DNA of 64,000 nucleotides, taken from Tubulanus polymorphus (taxonomy: Eukaryota > Animalia > Nemertea). This document shows, piece by piece, positions 45,705 to 58,594 of this stretch. The stretch's first letter is position 1, and each line of letters opens with the position of its first letter. The stretch spans positions 20,683,101 to 20,747,100 of the forward strand of contig NC_134025.1 of NCBI RefSeq assembly GCF_964204645.1. Reading direction: 5' to 3'. The notes beneath the pieces are model-generated. The model was not told the DNA's origin and ran no database searches. It worked only from the letters and a program-made list of their open reading frames with translations. Made by a program: the position numbers and the translations under genes.

Positions 45705-48343
45705 ATGTTGAAGGGTACCACAAGAGAATGGAAAGGCCCGAGCCTCGTGGCCGAAATCTTTGAAGATACATGCCAGAAGCATCTACACGACGTAGCTTGT
45801 TACGATGATGATAGATCAGTAACGTATAGGGAACTGAATGAAGCGTCAAATAAAATAGCCCGCGCATTGCTGCAGCAACTCAATTACTTTGATCACGTAT
45901 CTTCCAATCAGGGCGAATTGAAATGCGTGGGGATTTTCATGGAGCCTACCTACGATCGACTGGTTACGATCACAGCACTTCTAAAATTAAACATCCCCTA
46001 TGTGCCATTAGATCCAGTAATCCCCTTTAAAAGGTTGAAGTTGATTCTTAGAGAAACTAATCCGATGTGCATCGTTTCTTCGGCCGCGCTCTACGATCAG
46101 CTAATGACGGTCGAGATGTTAGTCGAAGGTCATGACATCTTCAAATACAGCCATTTATACAGTATCAGTAATTATCTATATCGGGAAAATATTCCTTTTG
46201 AGAAAAAGTTTTCATCAGGGATATCGGATCCGCTATTCTGCATTCTGTATACCTCGGGAAGCACTGGTACGCCGAAAGGTGTCCGGTTACGCCACAGTAA
46301 CGTTATCAATCGACTTAACTGGCAATGGAATGAAGTACCTTTCAAAACTGATGATGTTGGATGCGCTAAAACCTCACTCCTTTTCGTCGATTCGATCACT
46401 GAAATGTTCGGAAGTCTCCTGAAAGGTGTTCCTATCGTGATCGTACCGAAAGCAGTCGTTCAGAATCCAGAAAAATTCATCTCTGTTCTCCAAAAATATC
46501 GAGTAACGCACCTTATTCTGGTGCCTTCTCTGCTCAGAGCGATTTTTGCCGTTGTTAAAATGAATAACTCGTCTGATCAGTTATCTGCTCTACGTTACGT
46601 AGTTTCCAGCGGTGAAACCCTGCCTGTTGAACTTGCTCGGCAGTTCTTTGATGTTTTCCCGTGTAACGTAACTCTAGCGAATTATTACGGCAGTACTGAG
46701 ATAACTGGAGACGTCACATTTCAACTGATGAAATGTCCAAGTGACGTCGATAAGGCAACTGTTGGTGAGAGGCTTTCTATTGGACGACCGGTAGACAATA
46801 TTAACATTTACATTGTCGATGATAATCTTTCATTGACATTTGGAACTGGACAATTAATCGTCAGTGGCCTTAACGTAGCTGATGGCTATATGGAAAGGCA
46901 AAACATGATGAACTTTCTTCCCAACCACCTTATTGATGAGAGGGGACATGAATATTTGTATCTAACTGGTGATTACGCGCGAGTCGTTGCCAATATGGTG
47001 ATATATGAAGGTCGTACTGATTCGCAGGTAAAGATTCGAGGTCAGAGGGTTAACATGGCTAAGGTTGAACGAGTTGTTTCAAGTTGCAAGGGTATAGAAA
47101 AAGTTGTCGTTCTATTGTGTACACTGGGTGATAGTAATGAGGTCATCGTCGCGTTCTGTACCACAGCTGAGGGAATAAGTGAAGATGCCATTAACGACGC
47201 CTGCAAGGAATCACTTCCTTGTTACATGTTACCGGAAATTATGCTTATTCAAGAATTTCCACTGCAGGCAGCGACGGGAAAAATTGACCGGGTTGTACTT
47301 AAACATATGTATTCTTCAACCAAAAACCCAAAATGTGAAATTTGCGGACAAAACGACCGATGATATAATGATATAATGACAGCAGTCACCGAAGTGCTCG
47401 GAATTCCGAAGTCTATACTAAACGTAGATGTCAATTTCTTTGAAGTTGGGGGCAGTTCGTTAAATGCGATTAGCGTTTTTTTCAAAATCAAATCCATGGG
47501 TTACTCCGCCGATGTTGCTTCCTTCATATCTGCCTCGACTATAAAGGATTTCGTGAAATCCCTGAAATCGACGTATCAAGGCGAGTCACCGTGTCAAGAA
47601 AACACCACCGACTACGTTATCGTTCCATTAACAAAAGCGGTTGACAAAAAAGAAGAAATCATCAAACATCTGGCGGATACATTTGTGAAGAAAGAAACTC
47701 TATCTAGGGCAGCGGGGACAAGATTTGCCGAATTCAAAATATTTATTTTATCTTTTTGGGACTATTTCCTTAGATCTGGAACTTCGTGCATTTGTCTGAA
47801 TTGCAAGGGTAACGTTATTGGCGCATCAGTTTTAATTACAGGAGAAGGTCCGTCGGATATATATTCGGAAAGTCTGAATACGATACTCAACTATTTGGAA
47901 TATGTTGAGAGCCATGGCACCGATCGCATTACTGATAATTTCGCCGATTCGTTCATGGTCACGGCATCACCTGATTTGTCCGTTGAAGAGAAGATACAAG
48001 TGATGTATCGATTGGAAAAAACGTCTATAGAAATGGCGGAAAAGATGGGGTACGATGGAATAACAACATGTAATGCCAGTCAGTTTACCGCCGTAAGTAA
48101 AATACATGCCTTTTGAAATCACGGCATAATACGTCACATTAATATGGAATGTATTAGATATTTCTCCGTATTTTTCAGGATCTAGCACATGGGTACCTCG
48201 GATATGAAACAATTGGACGTTTCACGATTAGAGATTACGTGTCATGCGACGGACAGCAACCTTTTGCATCTGCTCCAAAGGATTCTGTCTGTGTCCTACA
48301 AATAAAATATCTTCATCGGAGTGAATTAGTGTCAGAGCATTAG
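45705..48343 (+). pseudogene. ebony: Ebony-like NRPS copy 2, interrupted by one in-frame TGA at the A/T linker (pseudogene or split gene)
   Basis: Exons 45705-48092 and 48179-48343; TGA 47361-47363 lies between an 8-nt deletion and an 8-nt duplication; downstream ORF from 47376 is in the same frame. Confidence 0.8.
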
Positions 48344-49364
48344 CTGGTTAATCGACAGAAAATAAATGGGTATTGCTCACTTGAATTATAAGCAATAATG
48401 AACTTTTGATTTGAAATATTCTAGATTCAAGCTAGTGTAATATATTTGAAATGTGTGATGAACCCTTTCATTAACTGCGATAACTTAAGTACGGTACTAA
48501 TACAGTATTAATGAACTGTTAATTTGTAGTATGCTTTAATTCAAATGGTATATACCATAGTCTGTATGCTCATGATATCCTTATGGTGTTCCACAGTAAA
48601 ATATGAATAAATTGGCTACATTCAAGAGGGGGATTTTTACCTACTTTGAAGAATTGGGGATTTTTACCTAGGAGATTTAGTAGAAGTAGAAACAGTTCCG
48701 TGATAGTAGGATCATAAAGGTGTTGATCGTGCAGTTGGAATCTGAAGTTCAGTTTGTAAACAAAACAATTGCGACTGTCACGTCCCGTGTGAGGTTATTT
48801 CTATATATTGACAGTATTCGTAGCATTTGAAGCTCATATTCCGTTTTACTGCCGTAAGTCCTACTACCGTTAGCTATAGCAAATTTACTCGTGATGCGTT
48901 TACTAGTTTCTTTTGATCTTAAAATAGGGATTGGCCGTGTTATTCATTTGATTGGTAGATTTCGTTTGATTTTTCTGTTTTGGTGTCCCTACAAACCCAA
49001 CACACCTGCCGGGAGCTAAACAGGTGGTTTGATTTTGAAATCGGAAGTCTAAGTATAGAATAACGTTAGTTGTGTGATGATTCGCACGCGTTGAATTTGA
49101 ACCGCGGTAGTAACTAATTTTGGGTCAAGGATCAGGGAAAATCAAGGAATTATCAGGGAATCTTGGATTTCCAGATCTGTAAGGTTGTGGTGTTGGATTG
49201 TGTTCTCCGCTAGTTGTTGTTGTTGTTGTTAATTCCACCGAGGGTTAGGATTTAATCCGTATTAGTGTCCTCCTGGTTTGAGTTGAGAGTAGTATCCCCG
49301 AAGCGTACTTAGGGTGTTCGATCCGATACGATGTATTCCACAGACTTTAGAATAATAATAACTA

Positions 49365-49501
49365 CTTCTCGAGAAAACCAAAACGTTTTGTTTTCTCGCG
49401 CGAGAAAACCAAAAGTTTTGAATTCTCGCGCGAGAATACCAAGAAACATCGCTTTAGCCGTACAGAAACATTTTTTAGTATGGCCCGAATCAGCCACCAT
49501 A
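49365..49501. mobile_element. One-ended MITE remnant of the TATGGTGGCTGAT family
   Basis: Right end atggcccgaatcagccaccata preceded by ttctcgcgcgagaa palindromic units. Confidence 0.65.
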
Positions 49502-51130
49502 TGAAACCCCTAAGTATAACTGAACTGCATTGAGAGCAATTAAACTCAACCCGTGCTATTAGACTAGAGAGGAATTAGACAAACCCATTCAGATCATTCA
49601 AACAAATTCAATATTCTTATGTATTTTAAGCTGGTTTCTACACACGTCTCAACGTGGTGAAAACAACTAAAGCAATTTTTCTTTCGAAGAATTGGAACTT
49701 TTGTGACCCGAATCAACCGTTATCTGACCATCAAATGTTCAAATATTTTCCTCTGGAGGGCCCCAGGTTCACTTCCAACAAAATTGAAAACACGAGCATT
49801 CACATAGCCTTAAGTTCTTTCTGGTTCAAATTCCAGTTCTAGTTCGAATGACCCGAACAGATGGTCAACAAACAGGTGTATACACCTTTTATGTGGGGAG
49901 GTCAATTGCGGGACACACTATCGCCAACTAAGTCGTTTCCTTTTACACTGTATATACATGCTAAACTCTTTAGACATTTTAAACATTTTAGCGTTGAGAA
50001 ACGAAGTCGAAGGCCTAGGCTAGCTCCGAACAACAGTAAGTGATATCTATGGATTATAAAAGAAGGTTTAGAATGAATTTTAGAAACATCATTCAAAAAG
50101 ACAAAATCGTCAATTTTTTCTAGCGAGCGAGTGACCATGAGTTTGTAGAGTACCTATTTGTTCGTATGTTTGTTTGTTTGTTTATTTTAAACAGTACAAC
50201 ATGTTCTGACTTATATATTGTTACGAAGCTACCGATCAAGTCCTTGCGAAACTGGCAAGCTTTAGTATGAAAGTTGTTGGTAGTTTAGTGAATCGAATGT
50301 CATCTTATTAATTATTGATGCGTTTCTCTCCTGTTAACTTATGGACTCGTGAAAATGCTGTTTCTGAAATCAAAGGACATAAACATAAACGCACAAGATG
50401 TATGTCTAAGTGTGCGTTTCTTGCATACACATATATACATACACATATTGCACACATATACATATTATACATTAGCTGAATACCCGTCCAATGGACGGCG
50501 CATAAATGCAGAATCCTGTTATTTTTTGCTAACGAAAATCATTCATTCATTTGGCGGGAAATAAATCTAAATGCTTCACATGTTTAGAGTTCTTGGAACC
50601 AACCCCACACCTCCCCTACCCCGTCTGACCTGTCAGTGGTACAAACCCTATCATTCTAATAACTAACCGTAAATTCTGCCCCAGCCGTTTTTAGGCCCCT
50701 CCTCGTTCGCTCTTTGTACTTTCTATATTGAATGTCGTGATCTAACGTGTCGAATGCTCGTGAAAGATCGAGACAGACACCTACAGTTGATATCCTATTA
50801 TCCAATCCACTCATTTAGTCAGCATTGTAGATTGATTGTTTGAAATTGATGATATAGTATTGAAAACAAATCATACCTTTGTTTCGTGAAATGGACGATT
50901 GTCATAGTTTGGGTTAGAAATTAGTTCAATTATCTTGATTGCATCGTGCATATGAATGTGTATCGGGAAGACTCAATGTCTAGAAAATGCGGCACTGACT
51001 CCTGAAACCGGTGTCATATACAAACGTTTTAGCAACATTTAATGTGTGCGTCGAAATATTTGACCAGAACTTTTTCATATTATGTGTTTTGACATTTATT
51101 TTAGTTAAAGGTGCACTCTGCTCAATCAGT

Positions 51131-53775
51131 ATGCTGAAGGGTACAGCAAGAGAATGGAAGGGTCCAAGCCTCGTGGCCGAAATCTTTGAAGATACATGTC
51201 AGAAGCATCTAGACGACGTAGCTTGTTACGATGATGGTAAATCAGTTAGGTATAGGGAACTGAATGAAGCGTCAGATAAAATAGCCCGTGCGTTGTTGCA
51301 GCAACTCAATTACTTTGATCACATATCTTCCAATCAGGACAAGTTGAAATGCGTTGGGATTTTCATGGAGCCTACCTACGATCGACTGGTTACGATCATA
51401 GCACTTCTAAAATTAAACATCCCCTATGTGCCATTAGATCCGGTAATCCCTTTTAAGAGGTTGAAGTTGATTCTGAGAGAAACAAATCCGATGTGCATCG
51501 TTTCTTCGGCCGCGCTCTTCGATCAGCTAATGACGGTCGAGATGTTAGTCGAAGGTCATGACATTTTCAAATACAGCCATCTATACAGTATTAGTAATTA
51601 TCTCGATCGGAAAAATATTCCTTTTGAGAAACGGTTTTCATCAGGGATATCGGATCCGCTATTCTGCATCCTGTATACCTCGGGAAGCACTGGCACGCCG
51701 AAAGGTGTCTGTCTACGCCACAGTAACGTTATCAATCGCCTTAACTGGCAATGGAATGAAGTACCTTTCAAAACTGATGATGTTGGATGCGCTAAGACCT
51801 CACTCCTTTTCGTCGATTCGATCACTGAAATGTTCGGAAGTCTCCTGAAAGGTGTTCCTATCGTGATCGTACCGAAATCAGTCATTCAAAATCCAGAAAA
51901 ATTCATCTCTGTTCTCCAAAAATATCGAGTAACGCACCTTATTCTGGTGCCTTCTCTGCTCAGAGCGATTTTTACCGTGATTAAAATGAATAACTCGTCT
52001 GATCAGTTATCTGCTCTACGTTACGTAGTTTCCAGCGGTGAAGCCCTGCCTGTTGAACTTGCCCGCCAGTTCTTTGATGTTTTTCCAACTGACGTAACTC
52101 TAGCGAATTATTACGGTAGTACTGAGATAACTGGAGACGTCACATTTCAACGGATGAAATGTCTATATGACGTCGTAAAGTCAACTGTTGATGATAGGCT
52201 TTCTATTGGACGACCGGTAGACAATTGTAACATTTATGTTGTCGACGATAATCTTACAGTGACAACTGGAACTGGACAATTACTCGTCAGTGGGCTTAAC
52301 GTAGCAGATGGCTACGTGGATAAGGAAAACATTACAAAAAACTGTCTTCCCAACCACCTTAATGACGAGAGAGGACACGAATACCTGTATCTAACTGGTG
52401 ACTTAGCACGAGTCGTTGACAATATGGTGGTATATGAAGGTCGTACTGATTCGCAGGTCAAAATCCGGGGCCATAGAGTTAACATGGCTGAGGTTGAGCG
52501 GGTTGTTTCAAGTTGCAGGGGTGTAGAAAAAGTTGTCGTTCTATTGTGCACACTGGGTGATGGAAATGAGGTCATCGTCGCGTTCTATACCACGGCCGAT
52601 GGAGTGAGTGAAGACGACATTAACGAGGCCTGCAAGAAATCACTTCCTGGTTACATGTTACCAGAAATTATGCTTATTCCAGAATTTCCGCTTCAGGCAG
52701 CGACGGGAAAAATTGATCGGGTTGAACTTAAACATATCTATTCTTCAGCCAAAAACCCGAAATGTGAAAATTTCGAATTTTTGGACAAAACGACTGATGA
52801 TATCATGACCGCAGTCACCGAAGTGCTCGGAATCCCGAAGTCTAAACTGAACGTAGATGTCAATTTCTTCGACGTAGGGGGCAGTTCGATAAATGCGATT
52901 AGCGTTTTAGTCAAAATCAAATCCATGGTCTACTCTGCCGATGTTGCTTCCTTCATATCTGCCTCGACTATAAACGATTTCGTGAAATCCCTGAAATCGG
53001 CGTATCAAGTGGAGTCACCAGGTCAAGAAAACACCACCGATTACGTTATTGTTCCATTAACTGAAGTGATTGAAAAAAAAGAAGAAATCATCAAAAATCT
53101 AGCGGATACATTCTTGAAGAAAGAAGCTGTAGTAAGGGCAATGGGGATAAGATTTGCCGAATTAGAAATATTTCTTTTATCTTTTTGGGACCATTTCCTT
53201 AGATCTGGAGCTTCGTGTGTTTGTCTGGATGGCAAGGGTAGCGTGATCGGCGTATCAGCAGTAATAACAGGAGAAAGTCCATCAGATATACAGTCGGATG
53301 GCATAAACACGATACTCAATTATCTGGAATATGTTGAGAGCCATAGCGCCGATCGCATTACTGATAATTTCGCCGATTCGTTAATGGTCATGGCATCACC
53401 TGATTTGTCCGCCCAAGAGAAGATACAAGTGATGTATCGTTTGGAACAAACGTCTATACAAATGGCGGAAAAGAAGGGGTACGATGGAATGATTACATGT
53501 AATACCAGTCAGTTAACAGCCGTAAGTAAAATGCATGCCTTTTGAAATTACAACATATGTTATCGTGACATTAATATGGAATGTATTAAATATTTCTCCG
53601 TATTTCCTAGGATCTAGCACATGGGTACCTCGGATACGAAACTGTTGGACGTTTTACGATCAGAGATTACGTGTCATGCGACGAAATGCAGCCTTTTGCA
53701 TCTGCTCCTAAAGACGCTGTTTTAGTCCTACAAATAAAATTGTTTAATCGGAGTGAATTAGTTTCACAGCATTAG
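51131..53775 (+). CDS. ebony: Ebony-like NRPS copy 3, intact, 851 aa
   Basis: ATG 51131 matches the MLKG start of paralogs (ORF-track start 51011 runs through an intron); exons 51131-53521 and 53611-53775; all A, T and C-terminal motifs present. Confidence 0.92.
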
Positions 53776-54330
53776 CTGGTTAATCGACAGAATGGATTGG
53801 GAAAATGTGTAATGCTCCTCCTGATTGCGTTCTCTCGTACAAAACATAATTGGTTGGCTTTTAGATTAATAAGGCAATAGTAATGTTTTCTCTATTTTCT
53901 TGCAGAATATACATGTATGGTATAACACATGAAACATATGAAATTCCGTTAGACTTCGATACTTGTATTAACCCACATTTTTCGTTTGAAAATATATCTA
54001 CTTTATTACGAAATGAGGAATGAATTGAAATATGTAAATCATTTTACAACTGGATGAAAAAGTACCACCCATTAAGCACTTCGATAACCATCATTTAGAA
54101 GATGATCCGCTGTACAAGCGCACTCCACAAAGGCAATAATAACACTGGTGACATTTCAACATCTCCTATCGCAAGCTTGGTGGCCGGATGCCTGGATCAG
54201 AAAAGTATACGTTCCAACTTCTTGAAGTTCATTTGAATTAAGACCATATTTCCCTTATTTCTGCACAGCTAGACACAAGATACTCACATAAACACATTTT
54301 CTGTTTTCTGTTGGTTGCAAGAATTCTGTG

Positions 54331-55247
54331 TTAATTTCTTTGAAGTTGGGGGCAATTCGATAAATGCGATTAGTGTTTTAGCCAAAATCAAATCTATGGG
54401 CTACTCCGCTGATGTTGCTTCCTTCATATCAGCCTCGAGTATAAACGATTTCGTGGAATCCTTGAAATTGACGTATCAATTTGAGTCACCATGTCAAGAA
54501 AACACAACCGATTACGTCATCGTTCCATTACACAAAGCGATTGACAAAAAAGAAGAAATCGTCAAGAATCTAGTGGATACATTCGTGGAGAAAGAAACTC
54601 TATCTAGGGCATTGGGGATAAGATTCACCGAATTAGAAATATTTGTTTTATCTTTTTGGGACCATTTTCTTAGATCCGGGGCTTCGTGCGTTTGTCTGGA
54701 TGACAAGGGTGACGTTATTGGTGTATCAGTTACAATAGCAGGAGAAGGTCCGTCGGATATATATTCGGATGGTATGAACACGATACTCAATTATCTGGAA
54801 TATGTGGAGAGCCATGGCACCGATCACATTACTGATAATTTTGCCGATTCGTTCATGGTCGCGGCAGCATCTGATTTGTCCGCCCAAGAGAAGATCCAAG
54901 TGATGTATCGATTGGAAAAAAACGTCTATAGAAATGGCGGAGAAGAAGGGGTACGATGGAATAATTACATGTAATACCAGTCAGTTTACAGCTGTAAGTT
55001 AAATGGATGCCTGATAAAATTACAACATATATTATCGTGACATTAATATAAAATTTATTAGATATTTCTCCTTATTTTCCAGGATCTAGCACATGCGTTC
55101 CTCGGATACGAAACTATTGGACGTTTTTCGATCAGAGATTACGTGACAAGCGACGGAAAACAACCTTTTGCATCAGCTCCTAAAGATTCTACCTTAGTCC
55201 TACAAATAAGATATTTTAATCAGAATGAATTGGTTTCAGAATATTAG
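54331..55247 (+). pseudogene. ebony: 5'-truncated ebony-like unit (partial carrier + C-terminal domain only)
   Basis: Starts abruptly at NFFEVGGNS; +1 A in the run at ~54916-54922; donor after 54993; intact last exon 55083-55247. Confidence 0.85.
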
Positions 55248-55677
55248 CTGATTAATCGAAAACTTGCATCGTTCCTCCCGATTGCGTTCTCTTAGCTGGT
55301 ACAAATGATGGTTGGTCGGTTCTTGGGATTGAATCGGTTACAGAGTCTTTGTAATAAGGGAATAACTGCTTTCTTGCGGCAATATGGAATAACATGATTT
55401 ACATATGACATTCCGATAGACTTCTATGCTTTTATTACCATATACATTTTTACGTTTGAAAATGTATGTCACACATTACCAAATGAGGAATGAATTCAAT
55501 GTTTTATATTAGGGCATATACACAATCATTTACAACCGAACGAACAAAAGTGCCATCTATTAGGCCATTGGTGAATTTGAACTTTTAGCTTTCAATCGGT
55601 ACACCGTATCATTCAAATTGCATACAAATGTTTTAGACAATATGATAGATTTTAATTTGAATAGAGATAGTCTTTTT

Positions 55678-56137
55678 AATAAGCCTTTTTACAGTTTCAA
55701 GGCGCCATTTTTTGGGTACCCGCCGAAAATGTTACTTAAAAACTAATAAAGATAAGTGAAAACGGTAAAAAGCACGTAACACTACATATAGATGTCTATC
55801 GATCCTGAAAATTTCAAAAATGTCGATTAAAATTTGTAAGAATTACGAACTTTTGAATGACATGGGCAATAATTCAAGTTCGGGAAGACGATATCAATGT
55901 TGATAACTTCACCAGCGCACATTGTAGCATTAACTTGATAAATGAGTGATATCATAAAAAAGTTAATTATCAGCCGAGTTCATCGATATTTTCACTTTGT
56001 TTCTATCTTATTCCAATCCAGAGGTATGAACGAAATGAGAAAATCAAACGGGGCAAAAATAGGGACAAAAAATTCAACAATGCGGACCCGGCGGGTACCA
56101 CAAAAAATGGCGCCTGGAAACTGTAAAAAGGCTTATT
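55678..56137. mobile_element. MITE with ~45-bp TIRs
   Basis: aataagcctttttacagtttcaaggcgccattttttgggtacccgccg / cggcgggtaccacaaaaaatggcgcctggaaactgtaaaaaggcttatt. Confidence 0.8.
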
Positions 56138-56505
56138 GTGTTGTTTTTTTCATTTTCAAAAATTTTGTTGGAATCTAGTAAAAACTGTTAAACAAATATT
56201 ACTTCTGTTAACAATATTTAGAATTTATAATAAACTTGTACGTGAAATAGTTTTGCTACTAGATACTGTTCAAAATCTTCATTGTTATTTGGTTGACTAT
56301 ATTCACCATTGGTTTTTAATTTGATTTTACTAAGAGCGCGTTCTAGTGTTCAGAATATGCGTATAATTTCTTCGATATAAATTTCGCGATTAAGATATTT
56401 TGTCAGCAGCTATTTGAGCCATATGAAAAATATTTACAATGTCACTACTATTTACAATGTATACAATTTATAATAAACTTGTACATGAAATATTTTTAGA
56501 ATAAA

Positions 56506-56853
56506 AGTCCCACTTGACAATCACAGGATCGAAATTGTTTTTGAAATATCGAAACTATTAAAATTTATTAAAAACCCGAATTTTCGGTTTTATACTAAAA
56601 AACCATTTTCAGTAACGGAAAAGAACTTTAAAACTAAATTTAGATCCATGGGTAACATGATTACGTGGTAAAACTACGCAATGAACCTTGTGATGAATCT
56701 TATGAATCTTGCAATTAATTCTAGTATGAAACCGAAAATTCGGGTTTTGATTAATTTGAATGGTTTAGATTTTAAAAAAGTTTTTTCAATCATGTGATTG
56801 TGGGACTTATATTCTTTTCGTCTCTCGCGATTCATTGCGTAGTTTTACCACGT
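56506..56853. repeat. Interleaved inverted repeats (foldback-like TE debris)
   Basis: aaaacccgaattttcggttt / aaaccgaaaattcgggtttt and acgtggtaaaactacgcaatgaa / ttcattgcgtagttttaccacgt. Confidence 0.6.
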
Positions 56854-57859
56854 TATGAAATATTTTTGTTAGAAAATGGTGCTATCTTCAGAAAACCCAT
56901 TTTGATTTGATAGACTACATATTCTATATTAAATATTAGCAAAAGCACTAGGTAAGTGCTCAGAATATGCGCATCAAGTTCCCAACCAACATATTTTGCC
57001 AGCAGATTTCTTTTCAGATAAATGTTTTTATTCATTCCATTCTTCCTATTCAATTGGCGTTTATAAAGACCATTTTACGAAGTTCAGTAAAGAGTTTCCG
57101 TTTGTTCTTGTTGTTTTTAAAATCTTTTATCTTATGTAATGTGAATATATATGTGAAATATACACGTATTTGAGGAATGAGAGAACTAACAGTGATGTTT
57201 GCGCAGGTTCGTTGCTGCCTGGCCACATATTCTGCAGAGTGGTTCGTCAGAAACCATCCATCTCACCACATTTTAGCTGTTGCCGAAGTGTTTAGTCTCC
57301 ATTGCATTTTGTCAAACATCCGATATGATGCTCGGTGGCTGGCGTTTTTCCACGCTCCTTTTTAGTCAATATCCTGATATAAAAGCGGGCTTTGTCCTAT
57401 TTTATCGGACGAAGCGTTTTACTATATCGGGTGACCAGGTGGTGTCAATCAATTTTCGGCAGATAAGCAGATTCTGCGCCACGCTGACCGATAGAACCAT
57501 GAACTCTAAAACGAATTAGAAATTTACATCAATGACGTTAGATTCACTATTCGTTTCCAGTCCATGATTGAACACAGCGACACTCTGCGCGACATACGCG
57601 CGATGCAACAGTAATCTCCGTTAACCGCAGTCACAATTCATTAATGCTGTTTGCTCTTCTGGCTGGCAATAGATAATACAGTCTCTAAGGTAAGTGGGAT
57701 TGAACAGGTTTATCGCAGTATTCAAAGCTTAACCGATCATTGTCATTCAATAAGATGCGATTTAAATGTATAGTCGTAATCAATTGAAATGTAATATGAT
57801 GATGTGTATATTTTATGTGAACCGCCATAAAACGCAGTGAAGAGCGGTATAGAAATAAA

Positions 57860-57930
57860 TGTTGATGATAACAATAATAATGATAATGATAATAATAGAA
57901 ATAATAATAATTATTATAATATTAATAACA
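57860..57930. repeat. Imperfect (AAT)n microsatellite
   Basis: gataacaataataatgataatgataataatagaaataataataattattataat. Confidence 0.8.
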
Positions 57931-58594
57931 TTTATCTTTATACCACTCTCCACTGCGTTATTATCATTAGAATTATTATTACGAACATTTACATTTTACA
58001 TTATGCACGAACATTTACATTTGATAAACCCAACTACGTGTACGTAAGTATACATGGAACTTTATCTGATATACTTGTAAAATATACGCTTTGTGTACAG
58101 ATACCCACCCTTAGTTTGATCATGGACCCTAAAATCCGTTTATGAGTCAATAGTTTGATTTTGAATTAACTGCCGACTAGTAAGGTCTGAATTTACTAAG
58201 ACCCAATAACGTGCAACTGATCGCTGATTGCTCCACCTACACTATTCGCCTATTCCACTGTTTTACACTTTTTAATGTTTGTAGCGATTAATGTACACTA
58301 TACAAAATACTTTTTTCTTTCAGTGAGATATACTTCTGCATGATATAAATTCATCATCATTTTTCATCAATTCATCCCTTTTATTTGTTTTTTCTTTAAT
58401 TTGTTGATGTTTGGGTCAAGGTGTCTGAACATCATTTTGGAGCCTCTATAGGGATCCCTAGTTTTTTAAGTTCTACTGCTGTCGAATATCCACACATATC
58501 CACTCTACAGCGCCATATTCCTTAGATAAGGCTTAATCAATATTTTTCTAACTTTGGGCAATCATATCTACTTCAGGTATATAACTCAAACAGT

